Source of the DNA: a virus
Taxonomy: Duplodnaviria > Heunggongvirae > Uroviricota > Caudoviricetes
DNA length: 36,487 nt
Virus record (IMG/VR): IMGVR_UViG_2718217885_000004
Span: 1-36,487 of that record
Strand: one strand, 5' to 3'
Positions 27,071 to 35,125 of the stretch are shown in pieces; position 1 is the first letter of the stretch; the number at the start of each line of letters is the position of its first letter. Below the pieces are notes generated by a model. The model worked only from the letters and a program-made list of their open reading frames with translations, made no database searches and was not told where the DNA came from. The translations under genes and the position numbers were made by a program.

Positions 27071-27850
27071 TTAAAATATCCAACTGATAAATCCACCTGA
27101 ATACTTTTCACTAATTTTGATTGCATAAAGATCATGAAGAGTTATAAATAAATCATTATCTTCTTTGAAAATTAACTCCTCATATTCTGCCATTATCAAA
27201 TTATGCTGTGTTGTTAGTTTAGATATGTTATCTATTTCACTGGCAAGCATGGATTTGTTTACATTGGTGTGTGGATCCATGGCAATATATTTCCGCATCA
27301 ATGGAATTAGTTGATCAGGGTCTATATTTTTTGCATTTTCCTTTGCTTTTTTTTGTCTTTCTGAATAGATGGAGTTAATTGTGTCAGTGTGTTTTTTCGC
27401 CAGTCTCTTAAACTCTGGATATGAACCAGTAACTAATGCAAGCTCTTCGTACTTAAGGAATAAATCGATATTGCATTTTTTTACCGTCATTTCAAGATCT
27501 TCAACTCTTTTTTTTAACTCTTCATTTGTTTTAATAAGAGACATCGGGAGAACTTCATAATGTTGTCCTAATTCTGAATCAGGGCTCATTGCCATATGTA
27601 CTATTTCATTATACATGAGCTGATAAGAAGCAGATAACTCTCCATACTTTAGAAATAGTTCATTATGTGAAGATGAACAAGAACTTTGTAATTTCATCAT
27701 TGGTCTAAAGTAATCCTTTATAAACTCCTCCTGAAGATCTTGGTCTTTTTTGTAGCTCTCTAGGATTCCAGCAAAAAGAAATGACCCTAAAGATATAGAG
27801 ATTATGGATATTAGCAATTGACTAAGGAATGATTGTGTTTCATTACTCAT
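27071..27850 (-). CDS. Membrane-anchored protein of unknown function, 259 aa; cargo gene between G and FI
   Basis: Single N-terminal transmembrane helix (LLISIISISLGSFLFAGIL) followed by a charged helical domain. Very AT-rich. Antisense to the late operons. Confidence 0.65.
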   Translation of the reverse strand: MSNETQSFLSQLLISIISISLGSFLFAGILESYKKDQDLQEEFIKDYFRPMMKLQSSCSSSHNELFLKYGELSASYQLMYNEIVHMAMSPDSELGQHYEVLPMSLIKTNEELKKRVEDLEMTVKKCNIDLFLKYEELALVTGSYPEFKRLAKKHTDTINSIYSERQKKAKENAKNIDPDQLIPLMRKYIAMDPHTNVNKSMLASEIDNISKLTTQHNLIMAEYEELIFKEDNDLFITLHDLYAIKISEKYSGGFISWIF

Positions 27851-28126
27851 AAAACATCCTTAAAAAATAACACGAAAAGTGACTCCTGACAGGGAAGAAA
27901 CGACAGGTCGGAAACAAACTTAACTGATGAGTTAGCCGTAGTCCAGAACCTTGTTTGAACACTTAGTGTGACTGTTTGCATCTCAGGAATTTGTGCCAAT
28001 AACATTTGAATCCTTATAATTTATTTAAATCAAATTTAGTTACTCGCTCAAAGCAGGCTGTCAGATTTGATAGCATTTGGGCTATGTAAATTGTCAGGCG
28101 GAAAATGAGTGAGTACAAATCAGGAC

Positions 28127-28154
28127 AGGCGGGCGAATTGCCCGCCTTTTCTTT
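28127..28154 (+). terminator. Intrinsic terminator upstream of FI
   Basis: Stem aggcgggc / gcccgcct with loop gaatt, followed by ttttcttt. Confidence 0.55.
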
Positions 28155-28160
28155 ATCTGT

Positions 28161-28178
28161 TGTTTCATCCACTGACCA
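28161..28178. promoter_or_regulatory. Possible Ogr-type activator site (imperfect TGT-N12-CCA) for the FI late promoter
   Basis: One mismatch to the recalled dyad, centred about 80 bp upstream of the FI start codon. Confidence 0.3.
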
Positions 28179-28250
28179 GCCAGGTCAAATAGCGTCTCAT
28201 GCTCTGCACAACAGAAAATAGTTGCACCCATTAACCACGGAGTTAAACGG

Positions 28251-29441
28251 ATGAGTGACTATCATCACGGCGTGCAGGTGCTGGAGATTAACGACGGCAC
28301 CCGCGTCATTTCCACCGTATCCACTGCCATTGTCGGCATGGTCTGCACGGCCAGCGATGCGGATGCGGAAACTTTCCCCCTCAATAAACCTGTGTTGATT
28401 ACCAATGTGCAGAGCGCAATTGCAAAGGCCGGTAAAAAAGGCACGCTGGCGGCATCGTTGCAGGCCATCGCCGACCAGTCAAAACCGGTCACCGTTGTCG
28501 TGCGTGTGGAAGACGGCACCGGCGACGACGAGGAAACGAAACTTGCGCAGACCGTTTCCAATATCATCGGCACCACCGACGAAAACGGTCAGTACACCGG
28601 ACTGAAAGCCCTGCTGGCGGCGGAGTCGGTAACCGGTGTTAAACCGCGTATTCTCGGTGTGCCGGGACTGGATACCAAAGAGGTGGCTGTTGCACTGGCA
28701 TCCGTCTGTCAGAAGCTGCGCGCTTTCGGATATATCAGCGCATGGGGCTGTAAGACCATTTCCGAGGTGAAAGCCTACCGCCAGAATTTCAGCCAGCGTG
28801 AGCTGATGGTCATCTGGCCGGATTTCCTCGCATGGGATACGGTCACCAGTACCACCGCCACCGCGTATGCCACCGCCCGTGCGCTGGGTCTGCGCGCTAA
28901 AATCGACCAGGAGCAGGGCTGGCATAAAACGCTGTCCAATGTCGGGGTAAACGGTGTTACCGGCATCAGCGCCTCTGTATTCTGGGATTTGCAGGAGTCC
29001 GGCACCGATGCTGACCTGTTGAACGAGTCAGGTGTCACAACGCTGATTCGCCGTGACGGTTTCCGCTTCTGGGGTAACCGTACCTGCTCTGATGACCCAC
29101 TGTTCCTCTTTGAAAACTACACCCGCACCGCGCAGGTGCTGGCCGACACGATGGCTGAGGCGCACATGTGGGCGGTGGATAAGCCCATCACCGCAACGCT
29201 GATTCGCGACATCGTTGACGGCATCAATGCCAAATTCCGTGAGCTGAAAACAAACGGCTATATCGTGGATGCGACCTGCTGGTTCAGCGAAGAATCCAAC
29301 GATGCGGAAACCCTCAAGGCCGGAAAACTGTATATCGACTATGACTATACCCCGGTGCCTCCTCTCGAAAACCTGACCCTGCGCCAGCGTATTACTGATA
29401 AATATCTGGCAAATCTGGTCACCTCGGTTAACAGCAATTAA
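28251..29441 (+). CDS. FI: Tail sheath protein, P2 gpFI-like, 396 aa
   Basis: Length and position match P2 FI. Confidence 0.88.
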   Translation: MSDYHHGVQVLEINDGTRVISTVSTAIVGMVCTASDADAETFPLNKPVLITNVQSAIAKAGKKGTLAASLQAIADQSKPVTVVVRVEDGTGDDEETKLAQTVSNIIGTTDENGQYTGLKALLAAESVTGVKPRILGVPGLDTKEVAVALASVCQKLRAFGYISAWGCKTISEVKAYRQNFSQRELMVIWPDFLAWDTVTSTTATAYATARALGLRAKIDQEQGWHKTLSNVGVNGVTGISASVFWDLQESGTDADLLNESGVTTLIRRDGFRFWGNRTCSDDPLFLFENYTRTAQVLADTMAEAHMWAVDKPITATLIRDIVDGINAKFRELKTNGYIVDATCWFSEESNDAETLKAGKLYIDYDYTPVPPLENLTLRQRITDKYLANLVTSVNSN

Positions 29442-29453
29442 GGAGCCTGACCG

Positions 29454-29972
29454 ATGGCAATGCCGCGCAAACTCAAGTTAATGAACGTCTTTCTGAACGG
29501 CTACAGCTATCAGGGCGTTGCAAAGTCCGTCACGCTGCCAAAACTGACCCGTAAGCTCGAAAACTATCGCGGTGCGGGGATGAACGGCAGCGCACCGGTA
29601 GACCTCGGCCTTGATGACGATGCGCTGTCAATGGAGTGGTCGCTCGGGGGCTTCCCGGATTCGGTTATCTGGGAACTTTACGCCGCAACCGGTGTGGATG
29701 CCGTACCGATTCGTTTTGCAGGCTCTTACCAGCGCGACGATACCGGCGAAACGGTGGCCGTCGAGGTGGTCATGCGTGGACGTCAGAAAGAAATCGACAC
29801 CGGCGAGGGGAAACAGGGAGAAGATACCGAGTCGAAAATCTCCGTGGTCTGCACTTATTTCCGGCTGACGATGGACGGTAAGGAGCTGGTCGAAATTGAC
29901 ACCATCAACATGATTGAGAAGGTGAACGGCGTCGACCGGCTGGAGCAACACCGCCGCAATATCGGCCTGTGA
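29454..29972 (+). CDS. FII: Tail tube protein, P2 gpFII-like, 172 aa
   Basis: Length and position match P2 FII. Confidence 0.88.
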   Translation: MAMPRKLKLMNVFLNGYSYQGVAKSVTLPKLTRKLENYRGAGMNGSAPVDLGLDDDALSMEWSLGGFPDSVIWELYAATGVDAVPIRFAGSYQRDDTGETVAVEVVMRGRQKEIDTGEGKQGEDTESKISVVCTYFRLTMDGKELVEIDTINMIEKVNGVDRLEQHRRNIGL

Positions 29973-30028
29973 TTTTCATCCGGTCAGCCAGGCTGACCGG
30001 TTAACCCCGATTCAGAAGTGAGAAAACC

Positions 30029-30304
30029 ATGAACAAAGAAAATGTGATTACCCTGGACAATCCGGTCAAGCGTGGTGAGCAGGTTATCGAACAGGTCACG
30101 CTGATGAAACCCAATGCCGGGACGCTGCGCGGTGTCAGTCTGGCAGCGGTCGCGAACTCCGAAGTCGATGCACTGATTAAGGTGCTGCCGCGCATGACGG
30201 CACCGATGCTGACCGAGCAGGAAGTCGCCGCGCTGGAACTGCCTGACCTTGTGGCGCTGGCCGGTAAGGTGGTCGGTTTTTTGTCGCCGAACTCGGTGCA
30301 GTGA
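30029..30304 (+). CDS. E: Tail assembly chaperone E, 91 aa
   Basis: Position before the tape-measure gene; contains a T6G slippery run near its 3' end. Confidence 0.8.
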   Translation: MNKENVITLDNPVKRGEQVIEQVTLMKPNAGTLRGVSLAAVANSEVDALIKVLPRMTAPMLTEQEVAALELPDLVALAGKVVGFLSPNSVQ

Positions 30305-30456
30305 CGTTTCCGAAAAACCTCTCGGTCGATGACCTGATGGCGGATGTGGCAGTGATATTTCACTGGCCGCCATCAGAACTGTATCCCATGAGCCTGACCG
30401 AACTCATCACATGGCGCGAAAAGGCGCTCCGGCGAAGCGGAAACACGAATGAGTAA
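30029..30456 (+). CDS. E+E': Tail assembly chaperone E+E' made by programmed -1 frameshift, about 142 aa
   Basis: Slippery run tttttt-g at 30277-30283. The -1 frame stays open to a TAA at 30454-30456, overlapping the T start. Confidence 0.65.
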
Positions 30457-32896
30457 CAATGTAAAATTACAGGTATTGCTCAGGGCTGTTGACAAGGCAT
30501 CCCGCCCGTTTAAATCCATCCGTACAGCGAGCAAGTCGCTGTCGGGGGATATCCGGGAAACACAAAAATCACTGCGCGAGCTGAACGGTCACGCATCCCG
30601 TATTGAGGGGTTCCGCAAGACCAGTGCACAGCTCGCCGTGACTGGTCATGCACTTGAAAAGGCGCGGCAGGAAGCCGAAGCCCTTGCCACACAGTTTAAA
30701 AATACCGAACGACCGACCCGTGCTCAGGCGAAAGTGCTGGAATCCGCAAAGCGTGCGGCGGAGGACTTACAGGCGAAATATAACCGCCTGACGGATTCCG
30801 TTAAACGCCAGCAGCGGGAACTGGCCGCTGTGGGAATTAATACCCGCAATCTTGCACATGATGAGCAGGGACTGAAAAACCGTATCAGTGAAACCACCGC
30901 ACAGCTTAACCGTCAGCGCGACGCGCTGGCGCGTGTCAGTGCGCAACAGGCAAAACTTAACGCAGTCAAACAGCGTTATCAGGCCGGAAAGGAACTGGCC
31001 GGAAATATGGCCTCAGTGGGCGCTGCCGGTGTGGGGATTGCGGCGGCGGGAACGATGGCCGGTGTTAAGCTACTGATGCCCGGTTATGAGTTTGCGCAGA
31101 AAAACTCAGAATTGCAGGCCGTGCTAGGTGTGGCAAAAGACTCCGCCGAAATGGCCGCACTCCGCAAGCAGGCGCGCCAGCTCGGCGACAATACCGCCGC
31201 CTCGGCAGATGATGCAGCCGGTGCGCAGATTATTATTGCGAAAGCCGGTGGGGATGTTGATGCCATTCAGGCGGCAACGCCGGTCACGCTGAACATGGCG
31301 CTGGCGAACCGCCGCACGATGGAAGAAAACGCCGCCCTGTTGATGGGGATGAAATCCGCCTTTCAGCTTTCAAACGATAAGGTCGCTCATATCGGGGATG
31401 TTCTCTCCATGACGATGAACAAAACCGCCGCCGATTTTGACGGCATGAGCGATGCGCTGACCTATGCCGCACCTGTGGCAAAAAATGCCGGTGTCAGCAT
31501 TGAAGAAACCGCCGCAATGGTCGGGGCGCTGCATGATGCAAAAATTACCGGTTCAATGGCGGGGACGGGAAGCCGTGCCGTGTTAAGCCGCCTGCAGGCA
31601 CCGACGGGAAAAGCATGGGATGCACTGAAAGAGCTTGGTGTGAAAACCTCAGACAGCAAGGGAAACACCCGGCCAGTATTTACCATTCTGAAAGAAATGC
31701 AGGCCAGTTTTGAGAAAAACCGGCTCGGTACTGCCCAGCAGGCTGAATACATGAAAACCATTTTCGGGGAGGAGGCCAGCTCAGCCGCCGCCGTGCTGAT
31801 GACTGCCGCCTCAACCGGAAAGCTGGACAAACTGACCGCTGCGTTTAAAGCCTCAGACGGGAAGACCGCCGAGCTGGTAAATATCATGCAGGACAACCTC
31901 GGCGGTGACTTTAAGGAGTTTCAGTCCGCTTATGAGGCGGTGGGGACAGACCTGTTTGACCAGCAGGAAGGCGCACTGCGTAAGCTTACGCAGACGGCCA
32001 CAAAGTATGTGTTAAAACTCGACGGCTGGATACAGAAAAACAAATCACTGGCGTCAACCATCGGCCTCATTGTCGGTGGCGCACTGGCGCTGACTGGCAT
32101 CATCGGTGCCATTGGTCTTGTAGCCTGGCCGGTTATCACCGGCATTAATGCCATCATCGCGGCAGCAGGCGCAATGGGGGCAATTTTCACGACGGTTGGC
32201 AGTGCTGTTATGACCGCCATCGGGGCGATTAGCTGGCCGGTTGTGGCCGTGGTGGCCGCCATTGTCGCCGGGGCGTTACTTATCCGTAAATACTGGGAGC
32301 CTGTCAGCGCATTCTTTGGCGGTGTGGTGGAAGGGCTGAAAGCGGCATTTGCGCCGGTGGGGGAGCTGTTCACGCCACTGAAACCGGTGTTTGACTGGCT
32401 GGGCGAAAAGTTACAGGCTGCGTGGCAGTGGTTTAAAAGCCTGATTGCCCCGGTCAAAGCCACTCAGGACACCCTGAACAGTTGCCGTGACACGGGTGTC
32501 ATGTTCGGGCAGGCACTGGCTGACGCGCTGATGCTGCCGCTTAATGCGTTCAACAAACTGCGCAGCGGTATTGACTGGGTACTGGAAAAACTCGGGGTTA
32601 TCAACAAAGAGTCAGACACACTTGACCAGACCGCCGCAAGGACTCATGCCGCCACGTATGGCACCGGTGGTTATATTCCGGCGACCAGCTCTTATGCAGG
32701 TTATCAGGCTTATCAGCCGGTTACGGCACCGGCTGGCCGCTCTTATGTGGACCAGAGTAAAAACGAATATCACATCAGCCTGACGGGTGGTACTGCGCCG
32801 GGGACACAGCTTGACCGCCAGTTACAGGATGCGCTCGAAAAATACGAGCGGGATAAACGTGCGCGCGCCCGTGCCAGCATGATGCATGACGGTTAA
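30449..32896 (+). CDS. T: Tail tape-measure protein, P2 gpT-like, 815 aa
   Basis: Length and position match P2 T. Ala/Gly-rich hydrophobic segment in the C-terminal half. Confidence 0.88.
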   Translation: MSNNVKLQVLLRAVDKASRPFKSIRTASKSLSGDIRETQKSLRELNGHASRIEGFRKTSAQLAVTGHALEKARQEAEALATQFKNTERPTRAQAKVLESAKRAAEDLQAKYNRLTDSVKRQQRELAAVGINTRNLAHDEQGLKNRISETTAQLNRQRDALARVSAQQAKLNAVKQRYQAGKELAGNMASVGAAGVGIAAAGTMAGVKLLMPGYEFAQKNSELQAVLGVAKDSAEMAALRKQARQLGDNTAASADDAAGAQIIIAKAGGDVDAIQAATPVTLNMALANRRTMEENAALLMGMKSAFQLSNDKVAHIGDVLSMTMNKTAADFDGMSDALTYAAPVAKNAGVSIEETAAMVGALHDAKITGSMAGTGSRAVLSRLQAPTGKAWDALKELGVKTSDSKGNTRPVFTILKEMQASFEKNRLGTAQQAEYMKTIFGEEASSAAAVLMTAASTGKLDKLTAAFKASDGKTAELVNIMQDNLGGDFKEFQSAYEAVGTDLFDQQEGALRKLTQTATKYVLKLDGWIQKNKSLASTIGLIVGGALALTGIIGAIGLVAWPVITGINAIIAAAGAMGAIFTTVGSAVMTAIGAISWPVVAVVAAIVAGALLIRKYWEPVSAFFGGVVEGLKAAFAPVGELFTPLKPVFDWLGEKLQAAWQWFKSLIAPVKATQDTLNSCRDTGVMFGQALADALMLPLNAFNKLRSGIDWVLEKLGVINKESDTLDQTAARTHAATYGTGGYIPATSSYAGYQAYQPVTAPAGRSYVDQSKNEYHISLTGGTAPGTQLDRQLQDALEKYERDKRARARASMMHDG

Positions 32897-32910
32897 GGAG
32901 GTGACGAAAA

Positions 32911-33390
32911 ATGATGCTCGCGTTAGGTATGTTTGTTTTTATGCGCCAGACGCTGCCACACCAGACCATGCAGCGTGAATCAGATTATCGCTGGCCGTCA
33001 AATTCCCGTATCGGTAAACGGGACGCTTTTCAGTTTCTCGGTGTGGGTGAGGAAAACATCACGCTGGCCGGTGTGCTTTATCCCGAACTGACCGGCGGAA
33101 AGCTGACGATGACCACGCTCAGGATGATGGCAGAGGAAGGCCGGGCGTGGCCGTTGCTGGATGGCACCGGCATGATTTACGGCATGTATGTCATCAGCAG
33201 GGTAAGTGAAACAGGGAGTATTTTCTTTGCAGACGGCACACCCCGGAAAATTGATTTTACGCTGTCGCTCACCCGCGTTGATGAATCACTGGCCGCGCTT
33301 TATGGCGATATCGGTAAACAGGCGGAATCGCTCATCGGTAAAGCTGGCAGTATGGCGACCAGATTCACGGGGATGACGGGGGCGGGATAA
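32911..33390 (+). CDS. U: Tail protein, P2 gpU-like, 159 aa
   Basis: Length and position match P2 U. Confidence 0.85.
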   Translation: MMLALGMFVFMRQTLPHQTMQRESDYRWPSNSRIGKRDAFQFLGVGEENITLAGVLYPELTGGKLTMTTLRMMAEEGRAWPLLDGTGMIYGMYVISRVSETGSIFFADGTPRKIDFTLSLTRVDESLAALYGDIGKQAESLIGKAGSMATRFTGMTGAG

Positions 33391-34553
33391 TGCTGGATGC
33401 ACTGACATTTGATGCAGGCAGTACGCTGACGCCGGATTACATGCTGATGCTCGACAGCAGGGATATTACCGGCAATATCAGCGACCGTCTGATGAGCATG
33501 ACCCTGACGGATAACCGGGGCTTTGAGGCTGACCAGCTTGATATTGAACTGAACGATGCCGACGGGCAGGTCGGGCTACCGGTTCGTGGCGCTGTCCTGA
33601 CGGTGTATATCGGCTGGAAAGGTTTTGCCCTGGTATGCAAAGGGAAATTCACCGTTGATGAGGTTGAACACCGGGGCGCGCCGGATGTGGTCACCATCCG
33701 CGCCCGGAGTGCAGATTTTCGCGGGACGCTCAATTCCCGCCGGGAAGGCTCCTGGCATGACACCACACTCGGTGCGATTGTTGAAGCGATAGCCTCCCGT
33801 AACAGGCTGGAAGCCAGTGTCGCTCCGTCACTGGCCGGAATTAAAATCCCGCACATCGACCAGTCGCAGGAGTCTGATGCGAAATTCCTGACCCGTCTTG
33901 CAGAACGCAACGGCGGTGAGGTGTCGGTAAAAATGGGAAAACTGTTGTTTCTCAAAGCGGGGCAGGGGGTGACGGCCAGCGGTAAAAAAATCCCGCAGAT
34001 TACCATCACCCGCAGCGACGGCGACCGTCATCATTTTGCGATTGCTGACCGTGGAGCTTACACCGGCGTAACGGCAAAGTGGTTACACACCAAAGACCCG
34101 AAGCCGCAAAAGCAGAAGGTAAAACTGAAACGCAAAAAGAAAGAAAAACACCTGCGCGCACTGGAGCACCCGAAAGCGAAACCGGTCACGCAGAAGAAAG
34201 CGCCAAAAGTACCGGAAGCGCGCGAAGGTGAATACATGGCCGGTGAGGCTGACAACGTTTTTGCCCTGACTACGGTATATGCCACGAAAGCGCAGGCCAT
34301 GCGCGCCGCTCAGGCGAAGTGGGATAAACTGCAACGGGGTGTGGCGGAGTTCTCCATCAGCCTGGCTACCGGTCGGGCAGATATTTACACGGAAACACCG
34401 GTTAAAGTGTCAGGCTTTAAGCGCGTCATAGACGAGCAGGACTGGACAATCACTAAGGTGACACATTTTCTGAATAATAGCGGCTTCACGACGTCCTTAG
34501 AGCTTGAGGTCAGGCTTTCTGATGTGGAGTACGAAACAGAAGATGATGAGTGA
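33390..34553 (+). CDS. D: Tail protein, P2 gpD-like, 387 aa
   Basis: Length and position match P2 D. Internal lysine-rich linker. Confidence 0.85.
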   Translation: MLDALTFDAGSTLTPDYMLMLDSRDITGNISDRLMSMTLTDNRGFEADQLDIELNDADGQVGLPVRGAVLTVYIGWKGFALVCKGKFTVDEVEHRGAPDVVTIRARSADFRGTLNSRREGSWHDTTLGAIVEAIASRNRLEASVAPSLAGIKIPHIDQSQESDAKFLTRLAERNGGEVSVKMGKLLFLKAGQGVTASGKKIPQITITRSDGDRHHFAIADRGAYTGVTAKWLHTKDPKPQKQKVKLKRKKKEKHLRALEHPKAKPVTQKKAPKVPEAREGEYMAGEADNVFALTTVYATKAQAMRAAQAKWDKLQRGVAEFSISLATGRADIYTETPVKVSGFKRVIDEQDWTITKVTHFLNNSGFTTSLELEVRLSDVEYETEDDE

Positions 34554-34634
34554 TGTTTTTATTTTATCTGTTTGTTTTATAAGGATAAATTAACTAAAAT
34601 GGCACCATCAATAAAACCGGAAGAGGTGCTCGCG

Positions 34635-34853
34635 ATGTTTCATTGTCCTTTATGCCAGCATGCCGCACATGCGCGTACAAGCCGCTATATCACTGACACG
34701 ACAAAAGAGCGTTATCACCAGTGTCAGAACGTGAATTGCAGCGCCACGTTCATCACTTATGAGTCGGTACAGCGATACATCGTGAAGCCGGGAGAAGTCC
34801 ACGCCGTAAGGCCACACCCGTTGCCGTCAGGGCAGCAAATTATGTGGATGTAA
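34635..34853 (+). CDS. ogr: Late-gene transcriptional activator Ogr, C4 zinc finger, 72 aa
   Basis: MFHCPLCQ...CQNVNC cysteine pattern. ATG at 34635 with aagagg RBS. The track ORF starts at an upstream non-ATG codon. Confidence 0.88.
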   Translation: MFHCPLCQHAAHARTSRYITDTTKERYHQCQNVNCSATFITYESVQRYIVKPGEVHAVRPHPLPSGQQIMWM

Positions 34854-34863
34854 TTACAAACAG

Positions 34864-34890
34864 AAAGCCCCTCAGTCGAGGGGCTTTTTT
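34864..34890 (+). terminator. Rho-independent terminator after ogr
   Basis: Stem aaagcccctc / gaggggcttt with loop agtc, followed by a six-T run. Confidence 0.75.
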
Positions 34891-34895
34891 GTCGA

Positions 34896-34915
34896 TGTGG
34901 TCAATGTGTGGACGT
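34896..34915. promoter_or_regulatory. Candidate Int arm-type binding sites (P arm): tgtggtca and tgtggacg with 11-bp period
   Basis: Direct repeats of TGTGG(A/T)C with the same 11-bp spacing as the pair at 1906-1926. Confidence 0.4.
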
Positions 34916-34954
34916 GACCAGAAATAAATCCTTTTATTTCAATTTGTTGTACGT

Positions 34955-34981
34955 AAAAAATAAGCCCGTGTAAGGGAGATT
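34955..34981. repeat. attR core, 27-bp direct repeat aaaaaataagcccgtgtaagggagatt
   Basis: Exact copy of 1791-1817; lies after the ogr terminator. Confidence 0.8.
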
Positions 34982-35125
34982 ACACAGGCTAAGGAGGTGG
35001 TTCCTGGTACAGCTAGCATTTTATGGGTTATGTTTTTCAGCGAAACGGATGATAACCTTAATAAATGCAGCTGTATGTGATCGGTTTCTAAGAATTTTCC
35101 ATCCGGGAAAAATAATCGAAATTAA

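Larger units (their letters stand above)
1791..34981. mobile_element. Complete P2-like prophage (about 33.2 kb) integrated between yegR and yegQ
   Basis: Bounded by identical 27-bp direct repeats. Full P2 gene order from int to ogr with gene lengths matching P2 homologues. Host genes on both sides. Confidence 0.9.

Noticed and set aside
31930-32463. Antisense ORF (177 aa) opposite tape-measure gene T
   Set aside because: Ala/Thr/Pro-rich low-complexity product mirroring the Ala/Gly-rich T sequence. Artefact.
33437-34009. Antisense ORF (190 aa) opposite D
   Set aside because: Nested antisense ORF without start context; D is full length and conserved.
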